NCBI GenBank assembly: GCA_963783665.1
Contig: CAWANZ010000002.1
Span: 971,701-1,035,700 of the forward strand
Reading direction: 5' to 3'
DNA length: 64,000 nt
From: Candidatus Aminicenantes bacterium
GTDB lineage: Bacteria; Acidobacteriota; Aminicenantia; Aminicenantales; UBA4085
Shown here: one piece after another, positions 23,284 to 34,471 of the stretch
Numbering within the stretch: the first letter of the stretch is position 1
How the letters are laid out: every line of letters begins with the position of its first letter
Position numbers and translations under genes: made by a program
The notes under the pieces: generated by a model
What the model saw: only the letters and a program-made list of their open reading frames with translations
Database searches by the model: none
What the model was told of the DNA's origin: nothing

Positions 23284-26200
23284 CTATCTTTTTAAAATTT
23301 GGAAATCCTCGAACAATCCGTAATCAACCTGGCTGTATTTCGATCCGGACGGACGGCCGCCTTCGGCGCCCCGCTGAAATTGTCCCGGCCAGGCTTGACC
23401 GAGCCGCGGGTCGTTATGGAACGGCCCAAGGGTGTTTTTCAGCGTCCCGCAGACGACAACCTCGATCCGATTCTCTCCGGCCGACAACCGATCGGTGATG
23501 TCGAGCCTGAACGGGGCGAAGGCGGCTAATCCGGCGGATTTTCCGTTGACCCGGACCTCGGCCAGAGCTCCCGTCCAACGGCCCAGGGCGACTTCGTACC
23601 GCTCGCCGGAAGCCGGAACGGCCGGAAGACTCAGGATTTTAACGTAACCGACGGTCTGCCCGTAAAACGGCATTCCCTGGCTTTTCCAGCTTCCGGTCGA
23701 AAGCGGAACCGCCGGAATCAGGCGGAATCCCTTCGCCGCCGGTTCGAGGCCGAATTCGCCCCGAAGGTAAACCGGCTCCAGCTCCGAGTGGATGGTAAAC
23801 GGTGCCGCCGCGAGGACGATCGTATTCCGGCCGGGCGCGAGGAGCGAGCCGATGGGGAAAACGCCGAAAGCCTTGTCCAGCCACCATTGGCCGGCCGCCG
23901 GGTCGACGATACGGCCGTTGACGGAAACGCGGAACAGGGAAGGCCGCTCGACGACGGCTTGGATCGAAGACGGGTCCGTGCCCGGAGCGATGTCGAAATG
24001 AAACGCCGCCGAAAATCCGCTGCCGGCCGGGAAGCGGTCCTTGTCCAGGATGTTTGTTTTGTACTGGACGGCGCTGTCCCAGGGATTGCGCTCGAGGCCA
24101 TGGGCTTTGAACGTTTTAAGCTGCGCCTCATAAAAATAGAGTTCCCTGTCCGTCCGGCCGCCGACCGTCAGGTCGCAGTAATCGAGAGTGAGAACGTTCG
24201 ACTCGAGCCGCGAGACGGTGCTCGCTCCCGCGTCGACGGAAACCGATGCCTCTTCGGCGGAGGGAGAAGACCCCTTAACCTGCCGTCCCGGTCTTCAAGC
24301 ACAGAAGCAGGCTTCCGCCCGGGCGGCAAGGTCGTAGGCTACGACCGGAATCCCTTCCTTCTTTGGCCGCCGGGAACGGAGTCGCCGTCCCCGTGAACGG
24401 GTCCCAGGCTTCGGCCGACGCCGAACCGCGGACGAAACGATCCGCCCGGAAACGGAGTTCGCCGGGTCGGTGTTGGCCAGAAAGAGGAGATCCCCGTCGG
24501 AAAGCGTCCGGCGGTGATGGAAGAGGAGATTTTCGGCTCCCGCGGCCGGCTTGACGGTAAAGGCGATAGGCCGGCGGAAGGATCTCGAATATTTTTTCCG
24601 GGCCGGTTCCCTCGGGAACGACCGTCAGGCCTTCGCCTCTTTTTCCGCGGGCGTCCGGAAGTCGCCGGACGGGCGGCCGTCGACGAATTCCGGAGGGGCG
24701 CCGAAGCCAAAACCCGGCCGCCGGCGGCGAGGAATTGCTTCAGCAGGCGGGCCGTGGCCGTCTCGACATTTTTCATCCCCGGGGGGAGGACGACGAGGTC
24801 GATAGACCTGCTGCCCCAATTGCAAAGTCCGGCCTTCGATCCGGCCGTGGTTTTTCAGGGTATCCTCGCTTCCGAGGTCGTACTCGACCTGGGCGGCTTC
24901 CAGCCCGTTGACGAAATCCTGGAATTCATTCCCGACCTCCTCCCAACCGGCCCGGTCCCCCGTCGGAGAGAAGGCCATCCAGGCGGTCGTCGTCGGTTCG
25001 AGGACCAGGACGCGGTTGTCCTGGCGTCCGGCAGACATCACCGATGGACAGGCGGCCGAGGTAGTCCCCCATCGCCCCGTAATACGGCCACCATGGCTCA
25101 TGGTAAGAAAACGACTGGGGGTGGTCGCGTTTCCGGGCGCCCATGATCGTCACGTAGGACAGATGCTGGTTGACGAAATTCACGCCCAGGGCGAACTGCC
25201 AGTCGGCGATCCGTTTCTGGTCGAAAAAAGTCAGATCCCAGCCGCCCGCGCCGTAGGTCTCCGACATCGTCCGGGCCCGGCCCATCTGGTTGGCCGCGCT
25301 GCGGATTTCCTTGACCGCCCGGGCGTTCCCGAACTGGGCCGAGCGGTTGCGGGCGAAATCGTTCATCAGGATGTCGATCCCGGGCATATGGGACCAGGCG
25401 GCAAAGGCCAGGTTATCCGGATTGACGACCGGCCGCGGCCATTCGTGCTCCCAATAGTGGCCGGTGAAGGCCAGCCCGTATTTCTCGCAATATTCGAAAT
25501 ACGGCTTCGCCCAGCCTTCGACGAACAGGTCGAGAAGGGTCGCGTAGAAATCATGGCGGACATGCCGCTCCCTCGCCCGTGTCCGTCGAAAAGCGCCGGC
25601 AGAAGCGGCCGAAGGTCGTAACCCCATTTGGCGGTGAAGGCCTCGAACAGGCGCGGGCGTCCAATTCACGGTCGGCAATCCGTCGCCGCCCGGCGGATTG
25701 ATCTCGGCTTCGTCCTGAAAAACGCCGGGCACGACGCCGCCGAAATCGGCGCCGAAAGCCTTGCGGTACGGCTCCAAGGTGACTTCGAGGAATTTCGCCG
25801 TGACCTCGGGCCGCATGAGGTCGACATACGTGAAGCCGCCGTACCAGGGGCTTGGTTTTTGAGGGACGATGTCGAAGACGCGGTAGTCGCCTTTGCCGAA
25901 CGTCTCCGTCTTCGATTTTCGAAGTGATGTCCTCGAATCCGCTCTCGGTTTTGCGCAGGACGAGGATCGGCTCCGGCTCAGTCGGACCCGGGAAGCGCCT
26001 CGGCTTTTTTCATTCGCAATCCGGAGCGGACGGCCTCGGGCATGGCCGCGGGGACATGGCCGCCGGCAAAGCCCGAGGGATAGGAGTTCTCGTCGTAGAT
26101 CCAGACCTTCATCCCGAGCTTCCGGCCCGTCTCGACGGCCCGGGTGAAGAGCGAAATCCACTCCTCGGAAAGGTAGGGCGTGATCAGGCCCGGGCGGGGG

Positions 26201-26440
26201 TGGACGAACAAGCCGCCGATCCCCTTGGCCTTGAAGTCGGCCATCTGCTCGTCGATCTGGGCTTCGGTCACCCGGTCGTTCCAAACCCAGAGCGGGGCGC
26301 TCCGGAATTCCGCCGGAGGGGCCGCGAAATCCCGGAAAACGGCCGCGGATGTCGGACCTTCGACGGCCCGCGGGCCGCACGACGGCGGCCAGGATGACGA
26401 CGCCGAGAGAAACCAAGACGGGGAATCGGGACGGTTTCAT
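23284..26440 (-). CDS. large secreted glycoside hydrolase (about 1050 aa; possibly alpha-L-rhamnosidase-like, GH106-type; family not certain); many frame changes
   Basis: Signal peptide MKPSRFPVLVSLGVVILAAVV. TEAQIDEQMADFKAKGIGGLFVHPRPGLITPYLSEEW ... MKVWIYDENSYPSGFAGGHVP in ORF 25978..26271. Central KPYFEYCEKYGLAFTGHYWEHEWP ... SETYGAGGWDLTFFDQKRIADWQFALGVNFVNQHLSY in ORF 24926..26512. C-terminal domain YEVALGRWTGALAEVRVNGKSAGLAAFAPFRLDITDRLSAGENRIEVVVCGTLKNTLGPFH in ORF 23284..23673. Confidence 0.55.
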
Positions 26441-26602
26441 GAATCCTCCTCCTGCGTCCCGGATCTCCGGGACGCCGGAGTTCAACCTATCGGATTTTTC
26501 GGGTAAAATCAAATCTTCGAGGTCCGTTTTGACAGGCAGGCCCCGGGTGTGGGATAGTGGCCCATCCTGGGTCCTATGAGGCCGGGAAAAGGAGTATTTT
26601 CG

Positions 26603-28768
<2,166 letters not shown>

Positions 28769-28782
28769 GGAATTTTTTTATT

Positions 28783-29045
28783 CTCTACCCCTCCTACCGC
28801 CCCTAGGACTCGGGGCGGACGGCACGTCAGCCTATTAACAGGAATTCATTTTAGTTCCGAGGAGGCGTAACAAGATCGTTCCTTAGATCTTATCCCCCCT
28901 TCCCCCCTTCCAAGAAGGGGGGCCCCGAAATGTCCGCCTACAAAAAGGAATTTATTTTAATTCCGAGGAGGCGTGACAAGATCAATCGATCTTATCCCTC
29001 CCCCTTCCAAGAAGGGGGCCCCGAAACACGTCCGCCTCCTCGTAA
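28783..29045. repeat. cluster of composite GC-hairpin repeat units (two alpha hairpins, one beta hairpin and two AT-hairpin linker segments) directly 3' of tRNA-Ser(GCT)
   Basis: Beta unit: ctaccgcccctaggactcggggcgg (28793-28820), stem ccgcccc/ggggcgg. Linker ggaattcattttagttccgaggaggcgtaacaagatc is repeated as ggaatttattttaattccgaggaggcgtgacaagatc. Alpha units: cttatccccccttccccccttccaagaaggggggccccgaaa (28880-28920; stem ccccccttc/gaagggggg, loop caa) and cttatccctcccccttccaagaagggggccccgaaa (28994-29029). Homologous copies lie at 60318-60470 and 62205-62630. Confidence 0.6.
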
Positions 29046-29052
29046 TAAGGTA

Positions 29053-29143
29053 CGGAGAGGGCGGGATTCGAACCCGCGGTCCCGGTTTTAGCCGAGACAA
29101 GCGCTTAGCAGGCGCTCCTGTTCGGCCACTCCAGCACCTCTCC
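29053..29143 (-). tRNA. tRNA-Ser (anticodon GCT), class II with a long variable arm
   Basis: Reverse complement reads GGAGAGG-TG-CTG-GAGTGGCCGAA-CAG-G-AGCGC-CTGCTAA-GCGCT-(22-nt variable arm)-GCGGG-TTCGAAT-CCCGC-CCTCTCC-G. The 7-bp acceptor, 3-bp D stem, U33, anticodon GCT and A37 are all consistent with Ser. CCA is not encoded. Confidence 0.85.
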
Positions 29144-29479
29144 GCGGCTGCGAAGTCCCGGCTATTCTACCATTTGCCGGAAGGCGGAAACAACCGGAAC
29201 CATCTTAGCGTATTTCCATCCGTCGTTTTTTCCCCTTTTTGCCTGTCGAAGAACGACCCTACATTTGGGATTTTTGAAAACACTTGGCTCGTCTTCGCAT
29301 ATTGTTCTTCGCCGCAATCCAGGATCGGAAAGCCGGTACAAATTACCGGCCTCGAATTAGAGACCGACCGAATAGGCCGCCATATTCTCGTAACTACGAC
29401 CCACACAAATCCGGACATGAGTACCAAAAATAGTTCTATTAATTGGATAATTTCACTTGAGAAAAATCAACAAAACCCC

Positions 29480-29509
29480 TTGACAAACTAAATATCATAA
29501 TGATATCAT
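29480..29509 (+). promoter_or_regulatory. putative sigma70-type promoter with an overlapping palindromic operator, upstream of the SPFH gene
   Basis: TTGACA (29480-29485), 18-nt spacer, extended -10 TGaTATCAT (29501-29509). Palindrome atatcat-a-atgatat at 29492-29506. AGGAGGA RBS at 29521-29527, then ATG 29532. The local GC is well below the window average. Confidence 0.35.
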
Positions 29510-29531
29510 TTCGATATCTCAGGAGGATCAC

Positions 29532-30408
29532 ATGATCAATATCAAGGAAAAAAAGGTATTTCAGATCAGCGGATGGGCCGTTCTGGCGATCGACATCGTC
29601 GTCGTCGCTTTCGCCCTGTCGTTCTTCATCAACATCACCGATCCGCCGATCGACGTCGCTTTTCTCCTCCGCGTGGGCTGCATGCTTCTCGTCGGCTTGA
29701 CCGTACCGGGCTTTTTCATCCTTAATCCCAACGAAGCCATGGTTTTCACCTTTGTCGGCCGGTACATCGGCTCGGCCCGGACGGCCGGATTCCACTGGAC
29801 CAATCCGTTCTGCGCCAAACACCGGGTGACCCTCCGCGTCTCCAACCTCGTCAGCGAAAAGATCAAGGTCAACGACGCCTGCGGCAATCCGATCGAAATC
29901 GCCGCCGTCATCGTCTGGCACGTCATCGATACGGCCAAAGCGAAGTTCAACGTCGATAACTACAAGAACTTCGTCGCCATCCAGAGCGAAACGGCCGTCC
30001 GCCAGCTGGCCAGCCATTATCCTTATGACTCCCACGAAACCGACCATGGAGTCGCTCCGGACCAATCCCGACCAGATCTCCGAAAAATTGCGGGATCAGG
30101 TCCAGGAACGCCTGGAAGTCTCGGGCGTCAACGTCGTCGAGGCCCGGCTGATGCACTTGGCCTATGCTCCCGAAATCGCCCAGGTCATGCTCCGTCGCCA
30201 GCAGGCCGAAGCCATCATCGCCGCCCGGCGGCAAATCGTCGACGGCGCCGTCGGCATGGTCGAAATGGCCCTGAAAAATCTCGAAGTCTCGGGCATGGTC
30301 CAACTCGATAACGATAAAAAGGCGGCCATGGTCAACAACCTCCTGGTCGCCCTGGTTTCCGAGAACGAAGCGACCCCCGTCATCAACACCGGCACCCTGT
30401 ACGCTTGA
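29532..30408 (+). CDS. SPFH / band-7 (stomatin-prohibitin-like) membrane protein; one frame change near 30040
   Basis: N-terminal TM ([20 protein letters not shown]). SPFH core: [29 protein letters not shown] ... [48 protein letters not shown]. The C-terminal coiled-coil part lies in ORF 30025..30408. Confidence 0.75.
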
Positions 30409-30414
30409 CCTCCG

Positions 30415-30624
30415 ATGGCCGATAAAAAGAAATTCCTGTTGCGGCTCGACGGCGAGCTCTACGACGCCCTGGAGAAATGGGCGGCCGATGAGCTCCGCAG
30501 CGTCAACGCCGAGATGGAATTTCTGCTGAAAGAAGCGGTCCGCAAGTCCGGCCGCTTCAAGGCTTCAAGCCCGGCTCCGACGCCGGGCTCGAAGCCCTCC
30601 CCCGATATGCAGGAACAACCTTAG
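30415..30624 (+). CDS. small ribbon-helix-helix (Arc/MetJ-like) DNA-binding protein
   Basis: 69 aa starting 7 nt after the SPFH stop. MADKKKFLLRLDGELYDALEKWAADELRSVNAEMEFLLKEAVRK has the RHH beta-alpha-alpha pattern. Confidence 0.45.
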   Translation: MADKKKFLLRLDGELYDALEKWAADELRSVNAEMEFLLKEAVRKSGRFKASSPAPTPGSKPSPDMQEQP

Positions 30625-30687
30625 AAATCGAAAAAGATAACGGGATCGAACGGGCGTTCCGAGGACCGAACGCCGAGGAGAGGGACA

Positions 30688-32096
30688 ATGAGTCTCAAGA
30701 AGCTGGCCATTCTCATCATCGTGATCGTCCTGACGATCATCGTGGCCATCTCATGCAAAACGCAAAACATCATGCGGGGGGCCCATCGGGAAGACCGGGC
30801 CGGATGGACGTTGGTCCACCTGGAAGGCGCCTCCCGGGAGATCGGCTACCAGCACGGCCGGTTGCTTGCGGCCGAGATCGACGACCTTTTAAAAGCGATG
30901 GCGGTCAACCTGGAAAAGACCACCGGGCGCGACTGGCCGTTCTTCCGCAAGGCGGCCGAAACCATCCTCTGGCCGAAGATCGATCGGCCGGTTCAAATGG
31001 AGATCGAAGGCATCGCCGAGGGGCTTGCAGGCCGGGATCCCCGGATTGAAGTATGATCGATTCGATATCGCCGCCCTCAACGGCTGGATGGAGCTGGCCT
31101 GGTACTACGTCCCCGTCCTCGAGGCCGAAAATAAAGGGACGGCGGTCGAATCGAAGGCCCCCCCGTCCTGCAGCGCCTTCATCGCCACCGGGAGCTATAC
31201 CGCGGACGGCCGGATCGTCATCGCCCACAATATCTGGATGGATTACCTTACGGGCGAGCGGTGGAACGTGATCCTGGACATCGTCCCGGACACCGGGCGG
31301 CGGATGCTCATGGACGCCCTGCCGGGATTCGTCCACAGCGGCTCGGACTTCGCCTTTAACGACGCCGGTCTCCTGTTCACGGAGACGACGATCGCCAAGT
31401 ACGCCGGCTTCAATAAGGACGGCGTCCCCAGCTTCTCCCGCTCCCGCACGGCCGCCCAGTACGCCGCTTCCATCGACGATTTCATCCGCATCATGACGAC
31501 GAACGGAAACGGGGCGATGGCGAATTCCTGGCTGATCGGCGATCTGAACGCCAACGAAATCGCCCGGCTCGAGCTCGGGCTGAAAAACCACCGGGTCTGG
31601 CGGACGGGCGACGGGTATTTCGTCGGATCCAATTTCCCCTCCGACGAGAAGCTGATCGCCGAGGAAACAACCTTCGACCCGGGCGACGGGAGCCAATCGG
31701 TCTTCGTCCGGCGGGACCGCTGGGAGCAGCTCATGGCCGAAAATAAAGGGAAAATCGACATCGAAAAAGCCATGGCCTTCCTCGGCGACCATATCGATCC
31801 GAGAACGGGCGAAACCGCCGCGGGCGCCGACGCGACTCTGCGGGCATGTCGACCGGGATCCCAAAGGCGCGCCGGAATTCTTTTATCCGCCCTTCTGCCC
31901 GGCCGGCTCGACTCAGGGCAAGGCCACTTCGGCCGCCTTGGCCGAACAGATGAAATTCTGGGCCCGGATGGGCCACGCCTGCGGCGAGGATTTTGCGGCC
32001 GAGCCGTTTGCCGCCGCCCATCCCGAATTCGCCTGGCAGCTTCCTTACTTGAAAGACATGAAAGCCCATCCCTGGACCCTCTTCCAGGGGAAATGA
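30688..32096 (+). CDS. peptidase C45 / acyl-CoA:6-APA acyltransferase-like Ntn-hydrolase lipoprotein; two frame changes
   Basis: Lipoprotein signal MSLKKLAILIIVIVLTIIVAISC. Putative N-terminal nucleophile context PPSCSAFIATGSYTADGRIVIAHNIWMDY. The family-typical length and motifs are spread over ORFs 30688..31056 and 31025..32107 plus a third frame that ends ...HPWTLFQGK at the stop 32094-32096. Confidence 0.6.
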
Positions 32097-32109
32097 ATTC
32101 GGAATAATT

Positions 32110-32167
32110 CGGGGCCAGGTTACTCAACTCCCGAACCCGAGATCGGGAGTTGAGTAACCTGGCCCCG
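32110..32167. repeat. perfect palindromic element (MITE/REP-like): 25-bp arms cggggccaggttactcaactcccga with a 7-nt spacer
   Basis: Left arm 32110-32134, spacer acccgag, right arm 32143-32167 is the exact reverse complement, followed by atctttt. It lies 14 nt after the C45 stop. The same arms recur at 37861-37919 (full), 37297-37321 (half) and a diverged relative at 33892-33976. It also creates two artefactual ORFs that start MSNLAP on both strands. Confidence 0.8.
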
Positions 32168-32234
32168 ATCTTTTACCGATCTATTATGGAATATCGGCTT
32201 CCGCTGATCGTCTTTTTATTGGAGAATAAAGACG

Positions 32235-32748
32235 ATGGCTGGACCGGCGACCACCCCGCGCATCGAAGACCTTCTCCCCTTGCGGGAGGAGGTTTTCCTG
32301 TTATGCCTGGGATTTTCCCGGAATGCCGCCGTCGCCGAAGACCTCTGCCAGGACGTTTACCTCAAGGCCTGCCGAAAGCTCGATTCGGTCCGTCATCCGG
32401 AGGCGGTCCGGTTCTGGCTTTTCCGGCTGGCCCGGAACGTCTGCCGCGACCACTATCGCCGGAGCCGCCTGGTCGGTTTCGACCCGCTCGATTCCCGGGC
32501 TGACCTCGCCGCCGCCTCGAACGGGGGCGAGCCGGACGATTTCGAGGATCGTCTCGTCCGCCTGAAATCGTCGGTCGAAATCCTGCCCCAGAAAGCTCCG
32601 CGAAGTCTTCATTCTCCGCACCTACGCCCGTCTCTCCTACGAAGACGTGGCCCGGACCTTGCGGATCAAGGAAGGAACGGTCATGTCCCGGCTCCACCGG
32701 GCCCGGGCGGCCGTCGCCCGGACGATGAGCGAGGAACACCATGGATGA
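32235..32748 (+). CDS. ECF-type RNA polymerase sigma factor (sigma-70 regions 2 and 4); one frame change near 32590-32620
   Basis: Region 2: AEDLCQDVYLKACRKLDSVRHPEAVRFWLFRLARNVCRDHYRR. Region 4 is found by re-translation: LREVFILRTYARLSYEDVARTLRIKEGTVMSRLHRARAAV. GGAGA RBS at 32218. The stop at 32746-32748 overlaps the next start by 8 nt. Confidence 0.8.
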
Positions 32749-33295
32749 ACGCAAAGGGGAAAAGCCAATCGTGACGGCCGAAGAGGAAATCGAGGCCGTC
32801 GTTCAGAGGGAGTCGGCGGAAGCACTCGAGCGGTTCCGTTCCGGCGATTTCGCCGCCCGCTTGAAATCCCGGCTTGAGGGTCCCCTTCCCCGGCAACCGT
32901 TTTTCCTGTTCCGCAGGCCGGTCCTTATCCCTGCCGTCGGCCTTCTCGTGCTGGCCGCCGCGGCTCTCATCATCGTCTTTCCGCCGGACGGGGGGAACGG
33001 GCGTTTGGAGGCCGGCTTCCGTTTCATGACCGAGGTCCTGGCCCAAACGGATCTGTTACGCGATGACGGCCGCTTGCCGTTCGCTGGCCGACCTTCCACG
33101 CTCCCGTCCGAACGGCCCGCCTCGACGTTCACCGAAGCCCTGATCTGGATCGCGTCCCAAAAGGAAACCAGCTCGCCGGAGGGAAGCGCTCCGCTCCGCC
33201 CCCTCTTCACCCCAAATGAACGGTTCAAGATTCTCTTCGGGGATCAAGCCATCCTCAGGGTTCTCACGATGCTTTCAACTCAAAAGGAGGGTTGA
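32741..33295 (+). CDS. putative anti-sigma factor (single-pass membrane protein cotranslated with the ECF sigma)
   Basis: Start overlaps the sigma stop (ATGGATGA). One TM segment (VLIPAVGLLVLAAAALIIVF) separates an N-terminal cytoplasmic part from a C-terminal part. No conserved motif was recognised. Confidence 0.45.
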   Translation: MDERKGEKPIVTAEEEIEAVVQRESAEALERFRSGDFAARLKSRLEGPLPRQPFFLFRRPVLIPAVGLLVLAAAALIIVFPPDGGNGRLEAGFRFMTEVLAQTDLLRDDGRLPFAGRPSTLPSERPASTFTEALIWIASQKETSSPEGSAPLRPLFTPNERFKILFGDQAILRVLTMLSTQKEG

Positions 33296-33296
33296 C

Positions 33297-33817
33297 ATGC
33301 TGCGCAAATCCGTCGGATTGATTCTTCTCTGCGTCTTGGCCTCCGGCCTGATCGCCGGCGGCCGAGGGGCCCGCCCCGGTTTCAAAAAAGGCGGGCTATG
33401 CCCTGCTCGACCTGTACATCACCATGTTCAAAATCATGGCCCTGACGGGTTCCGGATCGAGCGAAGCGGTTCAATCGGAACTCGACAAAATGGTGGCTGA
33501 AGCTAAAAAATCGAAAGCCGCCGGCGAAATCGACGCGCGTCTACTATGCCCGCTACACCCGAATGATCGGAATCACGAAGCTGATCATGCTCAAGGATCC
33601 GCAGAAAGCGATCGAGGCGTTCATTAATAATGAGCTTAGCCGGTTCGTAATGGAGAACGTCGGCGAGGAGCTAAAAACTGAAGGGCCCGGCGCAATCGGT
33701 CAGATGGCCAATGCCATGGCCTTTGCCATCGTCGACCTCCAGATCTACCTGGACACGCTCGACAGCCGCCAAGCCCGCTATGACAAATTCGTGAAAGGCG
33801 TTTCCCCGGCTAAATAA
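33297..33817 (+). CDS. small secreted hypothetical protein in the sigma/anti-sigma operon; two frame changes
   Basis: AAAAGGAGG RBS at 33282-33290, ATG 33297. Signal peptide MLRKSVGLILLCVLASGLIA. The remainder is assembled from ORFs 33424..33627 and 33563..33817 (KIMALTGSGSSEAVQSELDKMVAEAKKS ... LIMLKDPQKAIEAFINNELSRF ... ARYDKFVKGVSPAK). Confidence 0.45.
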
Positions 33818-33846
33818 TCCCGGACCGCGGTTTCTTTCGTCCTCCG

Positions 33847-33889
33847 CCCCGGACCGGTTTCCCCACGAAAACCGGCCCGGGGCTTTTTA
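33847..33889 (+). terminator. rho-independent terminator-like hairpin followed by a T run
   Basis: ccccggaccggttt-ccccacg-aaaccggcccgggg, followed by cttttta. It lies immediately after the 33817 stop. Confidence 0.55.
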
Positions 33890-33891
33890 TT

Positions 33892-33976
33892 GGTGCCAGG
33901 TTAACCATTCCCCGATTAATTCAAATCTCCGGCGTTCGCGAAATAGGAGAATGGTTAACCTGGCACCGATTAAATA
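33892..33976. repeat. second palindromic element related to the 32110 family: 20-bp terminal inverted repeats around a 44-bp core
   Basis: tggtgccaggttaaccattc (33892-33911) and its exact reverse complement gaatggttaacctggcacca. The arms align with cggggccaggttactcaactcccga (shared gccaggtta-c-c...tcccga). The right flank cgattaaatac is tandemly duplicated. Confidence 0.7.
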
Positions 33977-34015
33977 CCGATTAAATACCAACGCCGGCCA
34001 GCGAAAAAAAATCGC

Positions 34016-34053
34016 TTGACATTTCGCCGCTCTGTATTATATTATTAATACAG
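34016..34053 (+). promoter_or_regulatory. sigma70-like promoter with an overlapping GntR-type operator palindrome, upstream of the GntR gene
   Basis: TTGACA (34016-34021), 16 nt, TATATT (34038-34043). Palindrome ctgtatta-tattat-taatacag (34032-34053) of the t-GT-N-AC-a type. GGAGG at 34059-34063, then GTG 34070. Confidence 0.5.
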
Positions 34054-34069
34054 TGATACGGAGGCGAAC

Positions 34070-34471
34070 GTGATCAACATCGATCCGGCAAGTTTTATTC
34101 CCCTTTACGAACAGGTCAAATCCGGCCTCCGGCGCGAAATCGCCCTCGGGTCTCTCAAGCCCGGCGGTCCCCTTCCCTCGATCCGCGACTTGGCCGCCGC
34201 CCTCCTCATCAATCCCAACACGGTGGCCCGGGCTTACACCGAGCTCGAGCGGGACGGACTGATCACGACCCGGAAGGGTCGCGGCTGTTTCGTATCGGAG
34301 GATTCCGGGGCCCTCCCCGGAAAGGAACAAGCCCAGCGCCTCGACGGAATCTTCGAGGCGGCCATCCAGGAAGCCCGAAAAACCGGGGCCGACCCGAACG
34401 AAATCCGCAAGGTCTTCGAGGACCGGCTGCGGTTTGTTTTCGCGGAACCCGGCAAAAGGAGGACGTCATGA
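34070..34471 (+). CDS. GntR-family transcriptional regulator, YtrA-like short subfamily
   Basis: Winged-helix PLYEQVKSGLRREIALGSLKPGGPLPSIRDLAAALLINPNTVARAYTELERDGLITTRKGRGCFV, plus a short (about 60 aa) C-terminal region. The stop overlaps the ABC ATPase start. Confidence 0.8.
   Translation: MINIDPASFIPLYEQVKSGLRREIALGSLKPGGPLPSIRDLAAALLINPNTVARAYTELERDGLITTRKGRGCFVSEDSGALPGKEQAQRLDGIFEAAIQEARKTGADPNEIRKVFEDRLRFVFAEPGKRRTS

Noticed and set aside
28783-29045. Possibility that the repeat clusters at 28.8 kb and 62.2-62.6 kb are CRISPR arrays.
   Set aside because: The units are heterogeneous modules (alpha, beta and linker) without a constant repeat length and without unique spacers. There are no cas genes in the window. 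They fit hairpin-type interspersed repeats, not CRISPR.
31243-32503. Two ORFs on opposite strands that both begin MSNLAP (31243..32127 - and 32150..32503 +).
   Set aside because: Each starts inside one arm of the 32110-32167 palindrome, so the identical N-termini are mirror-image artefacts. The minus-strand ORF is antisense to the C45 peptidase gene. The plus-strand ORF is out of frame with the ECF sigma gene.
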